NCBI GenBank assembly: GCA_025058225.1
Contig: JANXEE010000009.1
Span: forward strand, 19,518-51,517
Length of the DNA stretch: 32,000 bases
Reading direction: 5' to 3'
Origin: Candidatus Calditenuaceae archaeon
GTDB lineage: Archaea; Thermoproteota; Nitrososphaeria_A; Caldarchaeales; Calditenuaceae
In this document: piece after piece, positions 16,022-23,132 of the stretch
Layout of the letters: the number at the start of each line of letters is the position of its first letter
Numbering within the stretch: position 1 is the stretch's first letter
The notes under the pieces: model-generated
Databases searched by the model: none
What the model was told of the DNA's origin: nothing
Seen by the model: the letters and a program-made list of their open reading frames with translations, nothing else
Program-made: the position numbers and the translations under genes

Positions 16022-16680
16022 TTAAACACCCACTCCAACAATTACCGAAACGGATGCGATTTGGTGCTTGATGGAAATCCTCTCCCTCATTTTTAACATA
16101 AATGAAGAATCGACTGTAACGAAAATAGGAGTGTAACCATGCGAGAGGGTGAAACGCTGCAACAACGGGTCACCAGTCGTTGTGAAACCCACTGCGGCGG
16201 AATTTAGAGAGGGGACCAGCAGGCGTGCTTTATTCGGGTCCTCTTCTGATTCGATCGATCTGATGCCCTTCATGAAAACGAGACCGCCAAGGACGATGAA
16301 GAAGGCGACTAATTCAGGGATTCCGGCGATGAGCAAGGCTTCCAGTCTTATCGCGTATGACGTGCCATGGAGGCGCGCAGCGGCGACTGCGACAACGATT
16401 GCCCGTTAACCGTCTTGAAGCTTGCCATCGCAAGCCCGAACTTATTGAGGCCGTATACGAAGGCCGAAGCAGGGCCTGAGATTACCGTACCGCTCAACGG
16501 ATCTTCCACACCCGCTCGAGATCGGCGTTCGATTAAAACGGACGTGGGCCTTCAGAACTGCAGTTTCACGACAATGGACCCGCTTAAGTCACGGTAAATG
16601 GTTAATGGTGTGCGAGCTCGGATCCGATCATCAGATAACATCGCATAACTGAAGATGAGCGGGATTCCTATAATATAATG
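16022..16680 (-). pseudogene. possible decayed membrane-protein gene (fragments in two frames plus an in-frame stop)
   Basis: Only a 104-aa ORF (16022-16336, TTG start) survives. Its frame stays open upstream as RAIVVAVAAARLHGTSYAIRLEA-LLIAGIPELVAFFIVLGGLVF... back to a TAA. Just upstream, another minus-strand frame reads ...GVEDPLSGTVISGPASAFVYGLNKFGLAMASFKTVNG, and that same frame, after a TGA, continues upstream as ...PLIFSYAMLSDDRIRARTPLTIYRDLSGSIVVKLQF. This pattern is consistent with a frameshift near 16405 and a nonsense codon near 16553. Family not recognised. Confidence 0.3.
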
Positions 16681-16758
16681 TCTTTACCGTAATAACCCTG
16701 TCGACTGTTTAAGATAGAAAGTGCAAGGAACTACACGTCCGAGTTCAGCGGTGAGACG

Positions 16759-16776
16759 TTTAAAGTTTTAAATATC
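16759..16776 (+). promoter_or_regulatory. TATA-like box for the epimerase gene
   Basis: tttaaagttttaaatatc lies 24-41 nt upstream of ATG 16800. Confidence 0.5.
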
Positions 16777-16799
16777 AGGGTGGAAACAGATACGAACTC

Positions 16800-17645
16800 A
16801 TGATAGTCATGTTGATAGGGTGCGGACTAATCGGCTCTCAGATAGTGAGGGAGTTACTGGAGAGCGACATGGGCGTGGTGGTGTATGACAGATCGCCGAT
16901 GCTCGATGCGATGTCAGACGTCTTCGACGTCTCGAGTGTTAAGATCGTCAGAGGGGACGTCCTCAACGTTCACGACCTTTACAGGGTAATTAGGGATCAC
17001 GACGTGACCAACATCGTACACATGGCAGCTAACCAGATGCTCACGGCTGGAGCCCAGAAGTGTCCTTACGAAGCGCTATTAACTAATGTGGTGGGTACGG
17101 CGAACGTTCTGGAGGCGTGCAGGACCTTCGACCTCGAACGACTCGTTGTGGCCAGTTCGAACGTCGTGAGGATACACGTTAAGGACTCACTTCCCCACGG
17201 CACTAGGCCTGCGACGATTTACGCATCGACAAAGCTTTTCACCGAACATCTGTGTTACAATTATCACGACATGTACGGAATAGACTTCATAGCGCTGAGG
17301 TTCGCCGCAACCTTCGGTCCGTGGAGATATGTAGGGGGAGGAGCTCCCACGAGGTCATTCGCAGAGCTGATCGATAAGGTGTTGCGGGGACTACCTGCAA
17401 AAATCCCAAGGACCGGGGAGTACGTCTACTCGAACGACACTGCTAGGGCATGCATCGGAGCTCTGAAGGCTCTCCACCCCAACAGGCGAATATATGACAT
17501 CGGGATGTGCAGGATCTACACGTCTGAAGAGATAGCGGAGATCGTGAAGTCGATAGTGCCCGGTTGCGTAGTCGATGGTGAGGGCTGTTTGTCTGAAGTT
17601 CCCGACAATCCGAGTGCGTCCACCAACTTGATGCCTGCTAGGTAG
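16800..17645 (+). CDS. NAD(P)-dependent epimerase/dehydratase (extended SDR), terminated prematurely by TAG; the conserved C-terminal tail continues in frame to 17735
   Basis: Rossmann motif LIGCGLIGSQIV and catalytic YASTKLFTEH. After TAG (17643-17645) the same frame reads ELGFEPIFPMSKAIRDYVEWYRLRILDAT then TGA (17733-17735). This is the usual ...LG[FWY]EP......G[IL]..[YT]..WY C-terminus of this family. Confidence 0.8.
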   Translation: MIVMLIGCGLIGSQIVRELLESDMGVVVYDRSPMLDAMSDVFDVSSVKIVRGDVLNVHDLYRVIRDHDVTNIVHMAANQMLTAGAQKCPYEALLTNVVGTANVLEACRTFDLERLVVASSNVVRIHVKDSLPHGTRPATIYASTKLFTEHLCYNYHDMYGIDFIALRFAATFGPWRYVGGGAPTRSFAELIDKVLRGLPAKIPRTGEYVYSNDTARACIGALKALHPNRRIYDIGMCRIYTSEEIAEIVKSIVPGCVVDGEGCLSEVPDNPSASTNLMPAR

Positions 17646-17810
17646 GAATTAGGGTTCGAACCCATCTTCCCGATGTCAAAGGCGATAAGGGATTACGTGG
17701 AGTGGTACCGTCTGAGAATATTGGATGCAACTTGATCGGCTGCGTGAACCGTTCCTGTATTCGTGGAGTAGTTGGACAAGAGAAGTAACAGTGATGGCGA
17801 CAGAATTACT

Positions 17811-18491
17811 TTAGAGAATTAACGGTATCAGAGATAATGTTATTGAGATCAATAGAAAGAGTAAATCTATGAACCTCAAATCTAACGGAGTCAAGTGAGA
17901 CCAGCGGTTAGGGTCGAACCCTCTCGCTTCGAGGGCTGTGGAGAGCCTATCGGCCCTCTCCGCTAAGCCATGGACCACAACCCTCATCAGGTGACCGGAC
18001 CGAGTGAAGTAATCAAGGGGGTTCGTGAGGATACCTTTGCTGGACAGAGCCAACCGGAGCTCGTCGAAGGATTCGAGGGTCTTGAGGACGACCGAATGAG
18101 CGATTGCCACGGCCGCCGAGATCCATCTGGGGAACCTGAAGTGTAGTGTGAGGGACCAGGCCAGCTCCCACGGATCTGTGCCGTAAGCGAGGAGAAGGGC
18201 TGAGGCTGTCATGGTCCAGACCCTTAAGGGCAGGAGAGCCAACAGATCAGGGTCGCGGTCGGGCGAGGCGAGATATGAGAATACTCCGAGTCCGATACCC
18301 ATCGGTAGAAGCCTGATCGCCCATCCCATGACCTCCAAGGGTCTACCAGACATCAACGACACCGCCACCGTCATGAAGGAAGCGATGGGTAAAAGGTGCG
18401 TAGGTTCACGCTCCAGTGTGACCGCGCTCGCAACGACCAGCAGCCCCACAAGCGCGAGGGTCGGATGAAGTGCGCTCCTCCTACGGATCAA
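17811..18491 (-). CDS. ecfT: ECF transporter transmembrane (T) component, CbiQ/EcfT/YkoC-like
   Basis: Hydrophobic 226-aa protein with the C-terminal ALEARGFDP (AxxxRG) coupling-helix motif. TTG start overlaps the ATPase stop by 11 nt. Confidence 0.75.
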   Translation of the reverse strand: MIRRRSALHPTLALVGLLVVASAVTLEREPTHLLPIASFMTVAVSLMSGRPLEVMGWAIRLLPMGIGLGVFSYLASPDRDPDLLALLPLRVWTMTASALLLAYGTDPWELAWSLTLHFRFPRWISAAVAIAHSVVLKTLESFDELRLALSSKGILTNPLDYFTRSGHLMRVVVHGLAERADRLSTALEARGFDPNRWSHLTPLDLRFIDLLFLLISITLSLIPLIL

Positions 18492-19764
18492 CCCTCCTCA
18501 CGGAACCTCGTTGAATCAGATAGACATCGTCCGATACAGATCTGACGAAGGACCTGTCGTGCGAGGCGATGACGATGATCGACCCCAGTTCCGCAACGGC
18601 CCTGATCACTTCTCTCATGATCTCCTTATTCCGAGCATCGAGACCTGCAACGGGTTCGTCCAGCGCCAAGAGCGCGGGACCTCTGAGAGCAGATGACAAC
18701 ACGGCTAACACGCGCTTCACGCCTGTGCTGAGTCTGTGAATCGGAACGTTCAGCAGGGACTCGGGGCGTATTTCGACTATCGGACCTGCACGAGAGCCTC
18801 TGGCCATGATCAACTCCTCAGAGGCGACCCTCTCGGTTAGATAGGAGCTGGGGTTCTGGGGACAATATGCGGCCCTCGGTGGGGCAGGAGCTGTGCCGTT
18901 CAGGGCTATCTTACCGCGTCGAGGCCTCAGGGCACCTGTTAACAGCTTGAGGACGGTCGACTTACCGGACCCATTGGGTCCTACCAGCGCAACGACCTGA
19001 CCTGATTTCGCCTCCATAGATAGCGCCTTAATGAACTCGACCCCTCTTACGTAACCGAACCAGACCTCCTCAACCACCAGCTCGTTGGCAGCGGAACCGT
19101 TGAGTGCGGCACGCGAGAAGCTGACCGAGAGCGCCTCCTGATGACAGTTGAGCGTAACCTCCATGTTCGGCTCTAGGGGCAGGTCGGCGGGGTCACTTAC
19201 GGCTGCGAGGACCAGCGTCCCCTCCCTCACGATGCGGAGCAGGAGCTGAGCCAATTCGGCCCGAAGAGCCTCGTCGATGTGGGTGAATGAGTTGTCGAGC
19301 AGAAGGAGCTTCGGCTTAGCCACCAGAGCAGATGCAAGTGCAAGCCTCTGGATTTGACCGCCCGAAAGAGTGAATATCCTGTCGTCGGCCCTCTCGATCA
19401 GCCCGACGTGCCTGAGAACCCGTTCGACCTCGCTGACGGCTTCGCCGAACCCGAGACCCATGCACTCGGCCGAGAAGTACACCTCATCCAGCACCCTGTC
19501 CCTCACCATTGCAGAGTACGGGTCATCCGGGACGTAGCGGACGAGCCTCCTGAGCTCAGCCGGCTCATATTCCTTCAGCTCTCTACCCATCAACTCAGCC
19601 GAACCTTCATAGGGGAGGAGTCCGGCGAGCGCGAGGAGCGTTGAGGTCTTTCCGCAGCCGTTGGGACCGGTCACGGAGATGAGTGAGGGCCCATCAATTG
19701 AGAGGTCGATTTCAGGCCCTCCCCCGTCGCCCAGCCTCGGCTTGAACCGCTCGAGCCTCAGCAA
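18481..19764 (-). CDS. ECF/ABC transporter ATPase with two fused nucleotide-binding domains (YkoD/CbiO-duplicated type)
   Basis: Domain 1: Walker A GPNGCGKTS, signature LSGGQIQR, Walker B LLLLDNSFTHID. Domain 2: GPNGSGKST, LSTGVKRV, LLALDEPVAGLD. Only 427 aa for two NBDs. Confidence 0.85.
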   Translation of the reverse strand: MLRLERFKPRLGDGGGPEIDLSIDGPSLISVTGPNGCGKTSTLLALAGLLPYEGSAELMGRELKEYEPAELRRLVRYVPDDPYSAMVRDRVLDEVYFSAECMGLGFGEAVSEVERVLRHVGLIERADDRIFTLSGGQIQRLALASALVAKPKLLLLDNSFTHIDEALRAELAQLLLRIVREGTLVLAAVSDPADLPLEPNMEVTLNCHQEALSVSFSRAALNGSAANELVVEEVWFGYVRGVEFIKALSMEAKSGQVVALVGPNGSGKSTVLKLLTGALRPRRGKIALNGTAPAPPRAAYCPQNPSSYLTERVASEELIMARGSRAGPIVEIRPESLLNVPIHRLSTGVKRVLAVLSSALRGPALLALDEPVAGLDARNKEIMREVIRAVAELGSIIVIASHDRSFVRSVSDDVYLIQRGSVRRVDP

Positions 19765-20329
19765 CCGCCCACCCCCTCATGGAGCCGGCCTCAACAAGCC
19801 TGTCCACGACAGATTTGACCAACAGGCCGCTGAGCAATACACCACTGATAATCATCGCACTCACTATCGACAGATGGAGCCAGAGGGGATACGTCCTGCA
19901 GGCAGGGTAAAACGGAGAGACGAGGCAGTCGAACGGATACGCAGCGATCACGGGCAGCGCACCCGCCAGTGCCATCGTGCCCCATCCCCATCTCTTGTAC
20001 CTCCCCAGCGCGAAGGCCAGCTCGCTCATGATGCCCTGTGCGGGGCCGTAATAGTACAGCAGGACCGAATAAGGACTGACCAACAGCAGCTCGACGACCG
20101 ACGCGACCGTTTCCCCAGCGAACGCAACCCATCGCTTCCTGATCACGTAGGCGGGGAGAGTCCCCCCCATGAACCACAGCCCGTAGATCGAGGCCGTCCC
20201 TAGGTGACCGAGGAGTGGATAGACGATCAGGACCGCCAACTGGCTCCACGCGGCGAAGACGACGCCGGCGAGCGCGGAGAAGGAAGCAAGCCCGACCACA
20301 TCCCTCGTGGTGAACCGCCCATCAGCCAC
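19712..20329 (-). CDS. ECF transporter substrate-specific (S) component, YkoE-like (HMP/thiamine-precursor type, COG4721-like)
   Basis: GTG start. The segment IYGLWFMGGTLPAYVIRKRWVAFAGETVASVVELLL is collinear with B. subtilis YkoE (IYGIWF...AAYMIRKPGAALVSEIIAALVECLL) as I recall it. The 3' end overlaps the ATPase ORF by 53 nt. Confidence 0.65.
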   Translation of the reverse strand: MADGRFTTRDVVGLASFSALAGVVFAAWSQLAVLIVYPLLGHLGTASIYGLWFMGGTLPAYVIRKRWVAFAGETVASVVELLLVSPYSVLLYYYGPAQGIMSELAFALGRYKRWGWGTMALAGALPVIAAYPFDCLVSPFYPACRTYPLWLHLSIVSAMIISGVLLSGLLVKSVVDRLVEAGSMRGWAVAEARAVQAEAGRRGRA

Positions 20330-20351
20330 GCGCCACCCAATCGATGACCTC

Positions 20352-20360
20352 CCTATAAAT
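20352..20360 (-). promoter_or_regulatory. TATA-like box for the ECF operon
   Basis: The reverse strand reads atttatagg, 23-31 nt upstream of GTG 20329. Confidence 0.4.
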
Positions 20361-20427
20361 CATCATATCAGTTACTTATGCTGAACGACCTTATAACATC
20401 GGGCAGGATGTAGGGCCGAGGTGCCAC

Positions 20428-21162
20428 ATGAGAGCCATAATTCTCTCCGGCGGAGAGGGTAGGCGGCTCAGGCCTCTGACGTATTACTTCCAGAAGTCGA
20501 TGATACCTGTGGGGAGGAGACAGTTGCCTCTGCTTTATTACATCATGGCGAACGTCGCTCAGCACGGGATCAGAGACTTCCTGATACTGGTGGGGTACAA
20601 GTCGGAGCAGGTCATGAATTACTTCGGCGACGGCAGTAAGTTCGGTTGGAGGGTCAGCTACGTTGAGGACGCGGAGGGTTATTCCGGTACGGGAGGGGCA
20701 CTTCTGAACGCGATAGACCAGGGTATTCTTTCAACGGAGGAGGACGTCCTCATACACTACGGCGACATCCTCACCAACATCAACGTGTCCAGGATGGTCG
20801 AGCTGCACCGTTCGAGGTCTGCGGATGCAGTTCTAGCCCTCTCTAGGTACTACGAGCTTCCGGTGGGTGTCGCCAAGGTCGCCGACGGCAGGGTCGTTGA
20901 GCTGGTAGAGAAGCCTAAAATTGACATCAACGTCACCGTGGGTGTTCTGACGCTTTCGCGGAGGGCCCTCGAGGTCCTCAGGTCACTGGACAGGTCATCA
21001 GACGTAATGAAGGACCTAATCCCGTCGATGGTAAGGAGCGGAATGGGCGTTTACCCGTACCTGCTCGAGGACGAGACGTGGCTCGATGTAGGCTCCACCG
21101 AGCGCTACGAGAAGCTGAACCCAGAGGAGGTCGAGGCGATGTTTCCGTTTCTGAAAGGTTAG
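20428..21162 (+). CDS. sugar-phosphate nucleotidyltransferase (glucose-1-P thymidylyl/uridylyl- or mannose-1-P guanylyltransferase family)
   Basis: N-terminal MRAIILSGGEGRRLRPLT signature (GGxGxRLxPLT). 244 aa, with no left-handed beta-helix extension. Confidence 0.85.
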   Translation: MRAIILSGGEGRRLRPLTYYFQKSMIPVGRRQLPLLYYIMANVAQHGIRDFLILVGYKSEQVMNYFGDGSKFGWRVSYVEDAEGYSGTGGALLNAIDQGILSTEEDVLIHYGDILTNINVSRMVELHRSRSADAVLALSRYYELPVGVAKVADGRVVELVEKPKIDINVTVGVLTLSRRALEVLRSLDRSSDVMKDLIPSMVRSGMGVYPYLLEDETWLDVGSTERYEKLNPEEVEAMFPFLKG

Positions 21163-21218
21163 TCAACGGAGACACACCTAATAAGATGGCCCCCTCGAAC
21201 TGACTGGGTAGACCTCTC

Positions 21219-21860
21219 ATGGAGGTAAGGGTGATCAACAGAGACGAGGACTCGCTCACCCTCGAGCTGAGTGAAGTGAACCTGTCGCTGGCAAATGCGT
21301 TGCGCCGGCACGCGATCAACGAGGTCCCAGTGATGGCGGTAGAGGAGGTGCTGGTGATGGACAACTCATCGGTCGTCAGCAACGAGGTCTTGGTCCACAG
21401 GATATCGTTGATACCCTTCGTGACCGACTTGGACAACTACAGACTTCCCGAGGAGTGCGACTGCAACAACAGACTCGGCTGCGAGAGATGCGTCGTTCGG
21501 TTCTCACTCAAGGCATCAGCGGTCGACGAGGTGGTCACGGTTTACTCGAGAGACATGGTCCTGGAGAGCGGAACAGGCATCGTCAGACCCGTCAGCGGTG
21601 ACTTCCCCATCGTGAAGCTCGCGCCCGGACAGACGATCGAGTTAGAGCTCTACGTCAGACTCGGTAAGGGATCTAAACACGCCAAGTGGCAGTCCGGCAT
21701 AGTGACCGTTTACGACAGCGAGTCCGGAGGCAAGAGGCTCTACATCGAATCGTTCGGTTTCCTGTCACCGGAGAGGATAATTACTGAGGCTGCGAAGGCC
21801 CTCGAGAGGCGTGTGAGGGATTTGGGATCCGCGATCGAGGAGGTGATTAAGGATGGGTAA
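21219..21860 (+). CDS. rpoD: DNA-directed RNA polymerase subunit D (Rpo3)
   Basis: LELSEVNLSLANALRRHAINEVPVMAVEEV... and the ISLIPF motif are typical of archaeal RpoD / eukaryotic RPB3. Contains the Cys cluster CDCNNRLGCERC. Followed by L18e as in the canonical operon. Confidence 0.9.
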   Translation: MEVRVINRDEDSLTLELSEVNLSLANALRRHAINEVPVMAVEEVLVMDNSSVVSNEVLVHRISLIPFVTDLDNYRLPEECDCNNRLGCERCVVRFSLKASAVDEVVTVYSRDMVLESGTGIVRPVSGDFPIVKLAPGQTIELELYVRLGKGSKHAKWQSGIVTVYDSESGGKRLYIESFGFLSPERIITEAAKALERRVRDLGSAIEEVIKDG

Positions 21861-22227
21861 GCTCCACCGATACGGCCCCACGAAGTACAACGAGCTCGTC
21901 TTTGTGCTGAGCAAGTTGATCGACTCTTCCGAACTTCGGGAGCGATTTTGGACGAGGGTTCTTGAGGAGTTGAAGAGGAGTAGGAGGAATAGACGCGTCG
22001 TCAACCTCTACGAGCTGAACAGGTTGACCTCGCCGAACGATAGGGTGATGGTGCTCGGCAAGCTGCTCGGCGTCGGAAGGCTCGATCACCCTCTTACGGT
22101 GATAGCGATCGACTTCTCCGAGACCGCTTACGAAAAGGTGAAGAGCGCCGGAGGCACGGTCATGTACCTCGACCAGTTCGTAGCAGGAGGAGAGCGTGAC
22201 GTCTCGAGGCTAAAGCTGGTGGGATGA
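21853..22227 (+). CDS. rpl18e: 50S ribosomal protein L18e (eL18)
   Basis: GPTKYNEL...RRNRRVVNLYELNRLT...VMVLGKLLGVGRLDHPLTVIAIDFSETAYEKVKSAGG matches the L18e pattern. The start overlaps the rpoD stop. Confidence 0.9.
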   Translation: MGKLHRYGPTKYNELVFVLSKLIDSSELRERFWTRVLEELKRSRRNRRVVNLYELNRLTSPNDRVMVLGKLLGVGRLDHPLTVIAIDFSETAYEKVKSAGGTVMYLDQFVAGGERDVSRLKLVG

Positions 22228-22233
22228 GGAGAG

Positions 22234-22719
22234 ATGGAAGAGCTGATCGTGATAGATGGGTCCGGTCACAGGTTCGGCAGGCTCGCATCAAAGGTCGCGA
22301 AGATGCTGCTGGAGGGCAAGAGGGTCGTAGTTTTGAACGCGGACAAGATCGTCATTACAGGCACGAAGTCGGCCGTGCTGGAGAGGTATCTCATGCTCCT
22401 CGACAGAAAGTGGTACTCCTCAATCGAGAGGGTTCAAGTGTGGAACCCGAGGAGGTCGGACAGGATCTTCTGGCAGGCAGTCAAGAGGATGCTTCCTAAG
22501 AAGAAGGACCGGGGCGAGGCAGCCATCTCGAGGCTGAGGGTCTATGTAGGCGTCCCTGAGGAGTTCGCTAAGCACAGCGCTGTGAGGGTACCGGACGCGG
22601 AGCACAGGAGCAACATCAGCAGGTCGGGGAAGCTGGTCAAGGCGATCACCCTCGAGGAGCTCTCGACGCTTATCGGGGGCCGTGCGGCAGTACAGCGATC
22701 CCCTGAAGCTCGGGAATGA
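22234..22719 (+). CDS. rpl13: 50S ribosomal protein L13 (uL13)
   Basis: VIDGSGHRFGRLASKVAKMLLEGKRVVVLNADKIVITG is the uL13 N-terminal signature. Confidence 0.9.
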   Translation: MEELIVIDGSGHRFGRLASKVAKMLLEGKRVVVLNADKIVITGTKSAVLERYLMLLDRKWYSSIERVQVWNPRRSDRIFWQAVKRMLPKKKDRGEAAISRLRVYVGVPEEFAKHSAVRVPDAEHRSNISRSGKLVKAITLEELSTLIGGRAAVQRSPEARE

Positions 22720-23132
22720 ACTCGAATTCGAGGAACGCGATAGTGGCCCTCCTCACCAAGAGCAGGAGGTACCTCACCGATGAGGACGTGATATCGGTGC
22801 TTCACGTCATAGCACACCTGAAGAAGGAGCCCTTCTCCTTGAGGGATCTCAAGACCATGCTTCCCGAGAACGTCGTGTCACGTCCTCGGGTAGCCAGGAG
22901 CATCACCAACTTACTCAACACGCTAATAGCGATAGGTTACCTTGAGAGGTTCAGCGAGCGGAAGTACAGGAAGCTCTACGACAACCTGTCGCTGTTTCTG
23001 ATCAGCCAGGTGATGGAGCTGTCGTCGCTGGAGAGCGCGCCACTTGCCGTCCGAGCGGAGGAGAGCGTACTCCGACAGCTGAAGCGGAGGCCAGGAGGAC
23101 GTCAGAGAGATCAGAACTTGATCAACCGCTGA
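22716..23132 (+). CDS. hypothetical protein with a probable winged helix-turn-helix domain
   Basis: ATG overlaps the L13 stop (ATGA). SLRDLKTMLPENVVSRPRVARSITNLLNTLIAIGYLERFSERKYRK reads as helix-turn-helix plus wing. It lacks the GKRK and C-terminal SYR motifs I expect of S9. Confidence 0.55.
   Translation: MNSNSRNAIVALLTKSRRYLTDEDVISVLHVIAHLKKEPFSLRDLKTMLPENVVSRPRVARSITNLLNTLIAIGYLERFSERKYRKLYDNLSLFLISQVMELSSLESAPLAVRAEESVLRQLKRRPGGRQRDQNLINR

Noticed and set aside
16600-16760. A C/D-box sRNA or other small RNA in the ORF-free stretch. Candidates are AGATGAG/CTGA on the + strand near 16648-16660 and TGATGA on the minus strand near 16628-16634.
   Set aside because: No complete C / D' / C' / D box arrangement with proper spacing exists on either strand. 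The boxes found are single and imperfect.
17643-17645. Pyrrolysine or genome-wide TAG reassignment as the explanation for the in-frame amber codon.
   Set aside because: No pyl genes are in the window. TAG ends four other well-delimited genes (Mo enzyme, ECF ATPase, nucleotidyltransferase, ParB-fold gene) at positions consistent with normal family C-termini. This cannot be fully excluded without the whole genome.
17652-17663. GGGTTCGAACCC, which resembles a tRNA T-arm. A similar GGGTCGAACCC occurs at 17911-17921.
   Set aside because: The stem is only 3 bp with a 6-nt palindromic loop. There is no flanking acceptor, D or anticodon arm. The first encodes LGFEP in the epimerase tail, and the second lies inside the EcfT coding sequence (RGFDP on the reverse strand).
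19661-20249. ORFs 19661-20203 (+) and 19791-20249 (-), overlapping the YkoE-like gene. Similar long alternative-frame ORFs occur inside sufB (25482-26141 +, 25633-26154 -), the VWA gene (27009-27320, 27153-27443, 27908-28222), hisG (30195-30671, 30431-30949), the permease gene (10353-10664) and the SBP genes (10823-11089, 11328-11693, 12776-13153).
   Set aside because: All are Arg/Pro/Gly/Ser-rich or otherwise compositionally odd translations nested in genes with clear family signatures on another frame. No independent promoter or motif supports them.
20330-20427. A TPP riboswitch upstream of the YkoE-like ECF operon.
   Set aside because: The leader is too short: a TATA-like box lies only 23-31 nt from the GTG. 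I could not find the conserved riboswitch sequence elements on the minus strand. A covariance-model scan would be decisive.
22716-23132. The ORF after L13 being a divergent ribosomal protein S9.
   Set aside because: It has no GKRK N-terminal motif, no basic ...SYR C-terminus, and no other S9-like blocks. The sequence instead shows a helix-turn-helix plus wing pattern.
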